Below are positions 1 to 10,100 of a stretch of 64,000 nt of DNA, piece after piece (the stretch's first letter is position 1; every line of letters starts with the position of its first letter). The notes below the pieces were generated by a model, which saw only the letters and a program-made list of their open reading frames with translations, made no database searches and was not told the DNA's origin. The DNA is from Balanoglossus misakiensis (Eukaryota; Animalia; Hemichordata). Location of the stretch: positions 5,330,849-5,394,848 of the forward strand of contig CM082583.2 in the NCBI GenBank assembly GCA_040954595.2, in the 5' to 3' direction. The translations under genes and the position numbers were made by a program.

Positions 1-52
1 TTGCGTATTTCACGAAAATTTATTGCTCGCTAAAATAGCCTGTTTTACAGTA
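1..52. mobile_element. Probable right end of a TA-flanked MITE (...TTTTACAG-TA), truncated by the window edge
   Basis: TTCACGAAAATTT...CTCGCTAAAATA...TTTTACAGTA resembles ends of TACTGTAAA-type non-autonomous DNA transposons of marine invertebrates; the partner end is outside the window. Confidence 0.4.
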
Positions 53-125
53 GTCACACCTTGTACCTCTTTATGAAGTAAAACTCTTATCATTCAGTAC
101 CATTGCTTTTCCATGCGCTTCTTAC

Positions 126-323
126 CTGAATGCCTGGCTGCGAGGAAAAATACAACCGGAGTGCCTCCGGGCTGCTCCGGACCCGGACAGAAGCCCTCTC
201 GGCCGGGAAGTTGGGATTCAGCAAGTCATGGAATGGTTCATTGGTGACGTCGTTGCCAAACAGGGAGAAGTAGAAGAAGAAGCCGCCATCCCGGGCTGGT
301 AGCGGCATTGTAGATGGCACTAA
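126..323 (-). CDS. CEP120: CEP120 coding exon 5
   Basis: [51 protein letters not shown]...PGIQ; TTGCAG acceptor, GTAAG donor. Confidence 0.94.
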
Positions 324-3003
324 CTGCAAAATGTCACAAATGAAAATAAAAACATGGAAGGTCAATATTACCATTGAGTTAGTAATCTGTGATAGGACAC
401 ACCACAGTGAACTTCAAGTATCATGCTGCATAACTTTCAAAATATTGACAACATGGGAAACATAGTTTTACTGCTATGGCCTACATATGAGAGACAATAA
501 GTCAGAATGTTATACCAGAACATGTCATTCAAGATGGCACTGACGTTTGCCTGCAACAAAGGAACAGGTGAATCACCATGATAAAAGACTCCATCAACAA
601 CGTGTTACCAATTGTATTTTCTGATCCAAAGGTCAGGAACACACACCTGAGCCAAGTTGGCTGCAAATCCAACAGTCACCGACACCACAAACATATCCGT
701 GCACTGGTCAACCGGTCCAATCTGATAATATCCTTCCATGTCATTCAACACTGGTAGCAGAGACTTGGGATCCAGTTCCTCATCATTTTCCGGGACTTGA
801 AAGAGTAAACAAAGTAAAAAGGTGACATTTTATGAGAAAAACTTCACAACAGTGCTGACCGGGCGAGTGTTCCTTCATTCATTGGTGCAACAAACTATTA
901 TGGACGCAGTTCCAGCAGCTGACACTTTGACAGTGTTGCTTTCTGATATTACCACATCGAAGAATCACTTATTTTAATTTGAAATAAGTAACTGTTAAAC
1001 TGGGATTTATGTGGAAAAATATGTGCTATGTCTGGCTGTTATCTTCTCTTGCCTGCCCATCACAAAACAATTTCCAGGGTATTGGCAGCCCATTACCTTG
1101 CCCTTTCCTTGGTGGTGCCGGCCTGGCTTTGAAACTCTCCTCCTGTGTCTGGCCGTCATTTTCCAAGCTGATACCAATTCTGAGTTCTGGCTTCAGTCTG
1201 GCATACTTTGTGTTCAGTAATGGGTACCATCTGGATTGCTGGTTATGTGTAGAAAAAAAAAAACGAGCAAATTTTAAAAAAAATCTAAAATTAAAGGGGG
1301 AAGAACAATACATACAATATCTTTTTGAAGAAAAACGCTTGGTATACCAGTAGTACAGTTAAATATAAGAATACAAGACCCAAAGTACAATGTTACCAGG
1401 AATATTTTGAAAGGCAATTTCAGAGAGGAAAGACAGCAAGAGACCACCACCTACCACTGGTACTTTGGCGGGCGTTTCTTCTTGGAAAGCCGCAGTCCTC
1501 AGATCCAGCATCACATAGCCAATGTTCTCCCTTGCGCCTGTCACCAAGTCGACGGCATAGCACTGCAGTTTGATAGGTGTTCTCTGCAGCCGGTGCTGGT
1601 GCAGCGCCTTTTTGCTGAGCTCCCAGGCCAGTTCTGTGGAGAACTCGGGAGACTCCGTGTGCTCGGATGGATCCGTCGCCAGGAACTCTCCATCAAACCG
1701 GGTTTCCACCACGAGCTGGTGTTTCGCTCTCTTGGGGAATCTCCTACCTAGTCTCGTAAAAAGTGAAGAAAAAAAAGACCTTTTTGGTTATTTTCAATAA
1801 GCTGGCGATGATTGTCAAGTGAATTATTCATCCAATATTGTCTTCGAGTTTTTCGAATTATTTTTTGATAGTGCTTGAAACCATGGTTGGACAAATTAGG
1901 CAGTCTGGGAGGTTCCATTAACATGTGACCAAATATTCAAATTGTCTGCTCTTTCAACAAACATTGAGTACTCTCGCGTCCATGTGAAGACATTAACTAT
2001 TTGACTCCCCACTTACAAAAGTTCTGATGATGTACGAAAAAATGTTCTTTTTTTTTACACATGAAGTCATACAGGTGATAGAATAGTATTTCCACAATTA
2101 CTAATAAAAATGATGTGATGTTGACTATGACTTTTCTTTAGGTGAGGACAGAGGTTAATTTTGAACCCATTTTTGGAGAAGGCAATTGAATTTGATTGGC
2201 CAAGGGATAACAACCATGTTTAAAAGCATGACTTTAGTTTAAAGTTCATGTATGAGCAAGTTGGCACATGCACAGCCCAAATAAACAACATGCAATAGCA
2301 TAGGAGTGTCAAAATTGTGAAGTTTTTAAAAACCACCCAATTTTAACGTTAGGAATCGTGTTTTTTTTACAGGGACATACAGCATTATTTTCTGATATAG
2401 TTTTACTGAGCGATGTGTGAATGCCTTGTTTTCAATTTTCACTCAGTTTCACAGAATCAGTCAATTAGAAGTCTGTAGTTTGATAAAAAGTTGACAAATC
2501 TGGGACGAGAAGACTGGCTACCCACTCGTTTCTTTGAGCAGGTATTCGCTGACAACATTTTGAAGGGTGTCTGATTTGTTTTCGTTATTTTTCCAAATAA
2601 ACACGCGTACCGCATAGTAGCACATCACAGACTGTGGTGTGACATGCTCACACATCAGGCTCATAATGTCATATAAAATATTGTGCAACGAATAATGCAA
2701 ACGATTGTTCTTGTTTTAGCGAATTGAACATAGACAGTGGTATACAATATTGCTTGGAACTGCATGGTGTAAATGGAACTCACGTGGAAACGATCAAAAT
2801 ATCATTTTCTGATTTTAAAAGAATGAAGCCTCTCAGGCCAGGGAAGCCCTCCAGTGTACTGTGTGTTATGTGTACGACGTTGCGACATGCATCCACACGT
2901 ACAGGACAAAAACAGTGCTATTTTCTTGCAAAAATAATTTGAAATTTAAAACCTTACCGTCAAGAATGGATACAACTACCAGATACTGTTCCCTGATAAC
3001 CAT
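126..3003 (-). CDS. CEP120: Centrosomal protein of 120 kDa, 5' part (C2A and start of C2B domains); gene continues past the left window edge
   Basis: Exons 3003-2958, 1747-1455, 1238-1097, 795-647, 323-126 splice with consistent phases (GT-AG). Translation [107 protein letters not shown] matches the CEP120 N-terminus as I recall it. Confidence 0.96.
647..795 (-). CDS. CEP120: CEP120 coding exon 4 (not in ORF track)
   Basis: [49 protein letters not shown]; uncommon AAG acceptor, GTGTGT donor; phases fit both neighbours. Confidence 0.9.
1097..1238 (-). CDS. CEP120: CEP120 coding exon 3
   Basis: [26 protein letters not shown]...[12 protein letters not shown]; CAG acceptor, GTAATG donor. Confidence 0.92.
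1455..1747 (-). CDS. CEP120: CEP120 coding exon 2
   Basis: TAG acceptor; [21 protein letters not shown]...[17 protein letters not shown]; donor GTAGGT (an alternative in-frame donor 9 nt earlier is possible). Confidence 0.9.
2958..3003 (-). CDS. CEP120: CEP120 coding exon 1
   Basis: ATG at 3003-3001, [15 protein letters not shown], donor G|GTAAGG. Confidence 0.9.
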
Positions 3004-3500
3004 GATCGCTTTAAATGTTATAAATGGCTGGAAATGCAGGAAAAAATGCGAGCTGACACATTCAACGGGTAAATTTCGAAAACAGCCGCCATATAAGGTC
3101 AAAGGTTAAAGGTAATGCGGAAGTGTTTTGGTGAAATCGGCTGATCCATGACGTCACGAGTGATTCTCTTACTCTCGAATAACCACAATGAGTTTTGGAC
3201 CTGTTTCTTGTTCAGAATTACTAAGTATGAAAAGAAGAATTTTAAATTGAATGATTTTTGTTGCTAAATCTACCACACGTGAATTTTATAAGATTTTACA
3301 CGTTGTTATTGTTGTTTATGAAAGTCCCGCCCATGGCAACGAGAACAAACTGAGCATGCGTGGTTGATTCACTCAGCTGTCGCGTATTTTTATCTATTTT
3401 GCGTCGGTGACACGGAAGAACGTTACCAAAAAACTGGAGTATAGTTCTTTTATTCTGAATTTTTGGGCGTAAATTGTGGTCAATTCAACGTTAGTCCACC
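3004..3500. promoter_or_regulatory. Bidirectional promoter region CEP120 / CSNK1G
   Basis: Start codons diverge 958 bp apart and the region is CpG-enriched. YY1-like GCCGCCAT ~3085, DR1 AGGTCA-A-AGGTTA 3096-3108, CRE TGACGTCA 3149-3156, RFX half-site CCATGGCAAC 3331-3340, NRF1-like GAGCATGCG ~3352, ETS CGGAAG ~3412. Transcription starts not determinable. Confidence 0.7.
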
Positions 3501-3961
3501 TTCTTAAATACCTGAAGTTGTTAGCTCCTCCGAATTTATCGACTGAGGGTGTGTCTTTTTACTTCGGCGGAGCGATCCATACTGTGCGAGAAGGCAGTAA
3601 GTTCCTTTTCCGTACCGTCGTGTCAGTGAGAAATGTACGTAGGGAACATAAAATTTAACAATTCCGCTAGCAGTCGCGCGTTTTAGGGATTTCTGGAAAT
3701 CGTCTACTTTGGATGGTGTACCAATACCTTCTGTTGTATTTTGGATCCGTTCTTGGATATATATTTTCGGATATACCGTCCGATCGCGGGTCATCAAGCT
3801 CGAGAGCCATGTCGACCTGACTGTACCAATCGAGGGATATACTGTGATTTCACCGAGAAACAACTACGGCCAATTCAAAGACAACTCGGCGTTCAAGTAA
3901 CGGGTAGTATTATTCCGATAGGCGATTTTTCTTGTGTTACAAAATAGTGTAAACTGTCACA

Positions 3962-4148
3962 ATGCAGAGTAACAGAGACAAGGAAAGGGAGCGAGCGGAC
4001 GACAGACGAAAATCTCGTCCGAGTGGAGGAAGAATGCATTCAGCTGGTCGAAGCAGCAACTCGAGTAACTCCGGCGTATTGATGGTGGGCCCAAACTTCA
4101 GAGTTGGCAAAAAAATCGGCTGCGGGAATTTCGGGGAGTTGCGTTTAG
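3962..4148 (+). CDS. CSNK1G: CSNK1G coding exon 1
   Basis: MQSNRDK...[26 protein letters not shown]; donor GTAAGT. Confidence 0.95.
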
Positions 4149-7100
4149 GTAAGTGACCACCCTTTTGGCGTGCCACTGCTTTGTTATGAATGCTTCTAAA
4201 CATCCTGTAACGCGTAGACAGGAAGAAGCTTCTCTGTCGCGTATGTATGGTATGTGCCAAACGGAGTCGGTGAGAGGTGAACTGTTCAGTGCTATGTAGA
4301 AAACGTGCGTGACTCACGGCGTTTTTATAGTTCTCTGAAACGTATTAATTTCCTGGTTTTATGTATTGTTTATATCTACAGGTAAAAACTTGTACAACAA
4401 TGAACATGTGGCAATAAAATTGGTAAGTATTCGTTGTTGATGTTTACCGGTGGACAACGTGAAATATACAAGTCATCCCTGTAATGGAATAATTGGTCAT
4501 TGTGATGAGCTGAAATTACATCCAGTCAGTTTTGGTAATGTCTGTTCTTATGCTTCCAGCGTCCTGTTGTTTACCTCCTGCATATTTACATACCCCTCTT
4601 TCCCCTTATCAACAGGAACCCATGAAATCAAGAGCCCCCCAACTACATCTGGAGTATAGGTTTTACAAGATGCTTGGCCAAGCCGGTACAGTAGATTATT
4701 CGCATTGTTCAATTTGTTGTTTTGCACAGTTGTTTTGTCAAACACCCCCATTCACACCACTGACTGCAGTGTACAGTAACTGTATGCACATGTGAAGAAT
4801 AGCAACTAGTGCCTGTAGCCTAATGTATATATTCATTGGTATGGATATCACACACCCAGTCTGGTCCGACTGGTTTGACATAACAGCTGATTTGAATCCT
4901 GTTATGCAGCATTAGATTACTGGCTCTTGACTTGGGACTGCCAAAATAGTATCATTGGTTAACCTTTAAAAATGAATGGAATTCTGCTATTTATTAGGCC
5001 ATGAATTCCTTCGACCTTGACAAACCGCCAGACACGTGTGTGTTCAACCACATCTTATGATGTTCAGTTCAGGAGACGTATTATCTGAAGCGGTCCAATG
5101 GATGTTAAAATGGAGAATCCTGCTGTAAAATTTCTGGTATGCAGCCAGTGTGGAATCAGTGTAAACAGGCTAAATATGAAGTGTTTTTTAGAATGTTTCC
5201 TCAAGAGTCTAATTTACAAGCATATTGATCCCTTTACTAAACACAGTGTTACATATATGCAGAGTCTGTTTATATTGGGAGTTGAAATTGACATGGCAAT
5301 CTGCGCCCTTTTTATGCTCATATCTGTACACACGTTGGGTGACCTGTTGAGTGTTCGGATGTGTCATTTGTTTAACAATTCAAACTTTTCACACTGTCAT
5401 CGCCGTTTATACAGTCATTGTTTGAGATTGACTGCTGTTGCAGCTGTTCTGTTCAGGTAGTCTCACAGGGTAACAATGTCCACAGGTACGTCATCTGAAA
5501 TGCGGAAGAAAAGATTAGGTAGGTTTCTCTGCTGGGCAGTGGCAATGTCATCACCATAAAGTGGTGAAGGTCAGTGTTCTCCCCAGAAAAATTAAAGAGT
5601 ATCAGCCAATACCTCTTAATTTGGGAAAAACAAAAGAAGCTATTTATCGTAACAATTAATTTTATTGTTATGTAAATTAGCTGATACTGTATCAGAAGTT
5701 CCTTTTCCAACCATTAAAAAAACCCAGTGATATAAAAGTGAGTGTGGTGCTAGTGTCTGGTTTCAGTAGCGGAGAAATAATACCCCGTATTGAGTTTTGA
5801 TTGGAGAGCGAGAAAGGTAAAAATATTGCCCTTGAGATGAAATCCAGCAGAAGAAAAAAAAACTGCAGTGACCTCACAGTGTGAGCTGTGATTTCAAGGC
5901 TTTATTTCCCTCTGTCATGCCGGTAGATTGCCAGAAACTTTAAAAATCTGTTCATATGCTGATTGCTGTGTTGGTGGTGGTCACAGCTACTAGCAGTATG
6001 TGGGTTCCCTTCTTTTTGCCTACTTGCACGCAAATTGTATATGATCACCTACCTACATGTACATGTACATTAGCAACACTGACTGGTGTCACCCCCCTAC
6101 CACTTCGGTGATGGAACTTGAAAGCTTGCAGGGAATTTATAAATTTACAGGGGTTGGTGGAGATGGGGGTCAACAGTCTTCTTCATCTCTGATAGTTATT
6201 AATGTGAATTACATGCATGTGTGGCTAAATTGCGTTTAATTAGCGATTGGGCATCATGTCCTTACAGTTTGATGAATGAATTTTAACGAGCCGTGATTTC
6301 CAATGTGCAGGTTCTCCTTGCTGAGGGCAACCACCTTGAAATGGTCTTCTTGGTGTTCACTCATTTACATTAGCGTCATGTCAGGTCCCGTGAGTAAGAG
6401 TTCAATATAAAGAAACTGATGTGTAACTTCCATGATGCATATTGTGTGCACAAAGGGTCATTTTACACGGTGTCTAGATGTCGTTGTTACCCGGTCAGGG
6501 CATGATTGTGTTTCTGTTGGCCATAGTCTGGTTGTCAGTCAGCAACTGTGTGCAGTCACCTCTGTAAATGAATTAAGCAATAAAACACTCCCAGCCATGG
6601 TATACCACGAGATTTTGACCAGTTCACGACATATACGCACGAGCGATAGCGAGTGCGTATATGGAGTTGAACTGGTCAAAATCGAGTGGTATACCATGGC
6701 TGGGGGTGTTTTATTGCTATTATATTATGCCAGTATATTGAAACTTTGCATAAAACATTTTAAAAAGGCATTTTCTTTGACTATGATATATGACTGTGGT
6801 ATATGGCTAATATATCACGGTCACGTGTCGTGTCTCGACCAATCAAATAGCGTGATTTACACCATCAATATACTGGTATAATATAATAGGGGATATTTCC
6901 CGGTGGTTACCCAGAGTAATGATGTCATCGACACGGGTCTGTGTGGTTTCCTTTGCATTTTTGCAGGAGTCGTGTCAAGAGCCCTGTTCCTCTAGGGGTC
7001 GTGACCCCGTCTGCCGAGGCCCTTTCAGATTTCATGTGTGCAGTAATTACAGATGTTTAGTGGAAAACACTGTTACTTTGCTACTACTACCCCAGTGTGT

Positions 7101-10100
7101 GATTTTCACATGTGAACCGGGGAGTTGAGGACCCGATTTGTATCAGATGTAGGTGCTTTTACTTCACTTCTGGCTGTTCTTGAAACGGTGACATGTGTTC
7201 ACTGTCTCATCTTCTTCTGTAAAGCACCAAACTTTGTCACTGAAAGCTGACGTTTTCAACAAACCCGTCCACGCGCAAACAGGATGGTTAAAAGAAAGTG
7301 AAATGCACAAATCTACTGAGCATTTAAGTATGCTGCAGCCAGGGAAAGTCAACCTAATAATGGCAATAGGAGTGTAATTGTTTGTAGGTTTGAATTACCG
7401 TGGTTAGACATTTATGTCTTATCTGACACTGATAGGGTTACTCTAGACCCTTGGTAGTGTGTTGAGAATTGTGTAACCCCTGTCTGAATGTAACACTTGT
7501 GCATCTGGTTGACTGGTATATCTGTCTGCCTGCCTGCCATTTTTCATGTTCTATCCCCCATTGTGGTGCACTCTTTCTTGCCCAGGGCTCGGAACACAGC
7601 TGTGTGGAATCGAAACAGTCGTTTCCACTGTCTGTGGTTGTTTTCCCAACAACAGTGACTACTGACTACCAATATTGATTGATCAGTCACTTGTTTGTTT
7701 ATCAACGGCACACATTGTTCCAGTTATGATGCAGTGATCCTGCATTCATATGTGATTATTGGATCGCGCCATAAAAGTACAATGTGTCCACCTCCTCTAC
7801 ATGGAGCAGAGTATCAGTTACTGGTTCTGTTTTCTTATTCCATGCGTACGACATCATGACCCTGAGACAGCTGTACGGAGTTCTGACAGTGGGAGGAGAC
7901 CAAAAGGTATGGCTATTTGACCTTAAAAAGGGCACTTTGCCTGTCACACATACATGTACGAACATCCCTGAACCTGGACAATGTCACGAATATTAATGTG
8001 CTGGTAAAGTGCACCGAGGAAATCATCCCTGTGGACTTGTGAAGTCAGTGCTTGAGTAGTTACACTGCATGTTATCTATTCAGAATGCCTAAATGTAGTA
8101 ACACACAAGTGCTTGAAATTCCTTCAGAGAAAAAAAAAGAGATATGGTTCAAGCAAAGCACATGGAAGACCTCTTTTCAGGTAGCAATGTGTCGCATGTA
8201 CATGTGAACCGATCAGTCTAATGCGATGTGATTCAACTAATATCATGATGGAAATATTTTCCTCTCATATTCAGTGTTTCGTGCTGACCATTGGAGGGGG
8301 GGGGATTGGGGGAGGGATTTCTGTAAAAAAGCCGTTTTCTTGGTCTCGCTTTATGCGTGTCAGACAAACACAGTCACTGACTCTATTTCTGCTGAATCTA
8401 ACACCTGGATTTTTTTTACTGCAAGCAGATACTAATGTAGATGTTCTGAGTGGATATATAACGTCAGAGTCGTATCTTTGACAGGCTGTGAGGTAGAAGT
8501 CGATAAAACCTGCATGAGCATTTTGATAATGTTACCTAGGGTATATTGATCAAGGACATTGGCAATTCTGACGACTTAGTTCGTTACAACTTGCAGTGTT
8601 GTCAAATTTCAATACATACAATTAATTAACTGTGAAAAACAAATTTGCATAGTCTGTTCTAACCGTGATCTTGTGTATAATATAATTTTTACTGTATTTT
8701 GGTAATTTTTCATGATATGAATTCATTAGAGGGATAATTAAACCATGAATGCAAAATTCGTCATATTAGGAAATTACATAGAAAATGATTGTACACCATT
8801 ATTAGTTATGTAAAAAAAAATCATATTAGGGCCGTTGTGTTGTAATGTGTTGAGGAAATACTTAGGTTTTAAACAGTAGCCTGAACTGAGATAATATGAA
8901 TGATTGGGCTGAGGAAGTTTATATAGAGTTTCCTCTTTTTTTTTCTAAATCGCTTTTTTGACAGACAGGCTTATCTTGCAATCTATAATGTATTACCGTC
9001 AGCTGTTCAAGGTAGTCCAAAGGATTGACAGATCCGGGTAGCTCATATCCTGGTTTCTTTGCCGTGTGTTTTACTCTTTTGGAATGAAGGTGGTTTGCCC
9101 CATTTTGTTGTGAAAGAAATGCAGCGTATTTGCAATGAAACAAACACCTTTGCCATGATCATCGGCTGGCTTCATTGCAGGACGTGTGTTTTGCCATAGC
9201 AAGTTTATTGTTAACCTATAGACTGCTACCAGCAACAAATTAATAGAGGTGTGTATTTGAAATAAACTGTGTAGATGTAACACAGACAAACAGATGGATG
9301 GATTCTGTGCACATGCTGCTAAATTAGCCATGCCAGGTTGGCAATGGCAATGCTGACCTTTGAACTCTGCTGAGTGAACCATCTTTTTTTTTCTGTGACC
9401 TCCATCCATATTGCCCAGGACATCACAGATTATGTCATAATACTAAATACATGTAGTATTATTCTTGTGAAGTACACATTTGCATAAATTATACATTTAT
9501 GTATGCGAAAAATTCCTCTAATAGATGGTAAATAGATATAATGGTAAAATTGCAGTATTATATTTAAGCAATAAAACACCCCAAGCCATGGTATACCACG
9601 AGATTTTGACCAGTTCAAGACATATACGCACGAGCGATAGCGAGTGCGTATATGGAGTTGAACTGGTCAAAATCGAGTGGTATACCATGGCTGGGGTGTT
9701 TTATTGCTATTATATTATGCCAGTATATTGAAACTTTGCATAAAACATTTTAAAAGGGCATTTTCTTTGACTATGATATATGACTGTGGTATATGGCTAA
9801 TATATCACGGTCACGTGTCGTGTCTCGACCAATCAAATAGCGTGATTTACACCATCAATATACTGGTATAATATAATAGAACACATTCCATGTCATATCT
9901 TATTCAAAATTAATTGTCAATTTCAGGGCAGTTCATCTAGGAGATTTGTTACAACCATGTATAATTTCATGTTTATTAATGTTCTGCCTTTGGAAATCAT
10001 TAGTGATACTGTATGTAGTTCAGTATGAATACCTTTTAAAGTACAATACACCTCGGTATTTGCTGTTATGAGAACACTTTGGGGGGTTCAGATGTTTTGT

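Noticed and set aside
6055-6070. Recurrent TACATGTA octamer and DR1-like AGGTCAAAGGTCA words (e.g. 25161, 52351)
   Set aside because: Likely genome-wide over-represented words in this kind of genome; no locus-specific meaning can be supported without background counts.
6576-6718. Long hairpins as pre-miRNAs
   Set aside because: Too long, multicopy and embedded in a mobile-element layout, although incidental small-RNA production cannot be excluded.
6432-6881. 149-aa ORF and matching ORFs at 9525-9871 that look like a duplicated gene
   Set aside because: They are translations of the palindromic repeat; the second copy is frameshifted, and there are no protein motifs or splice context.
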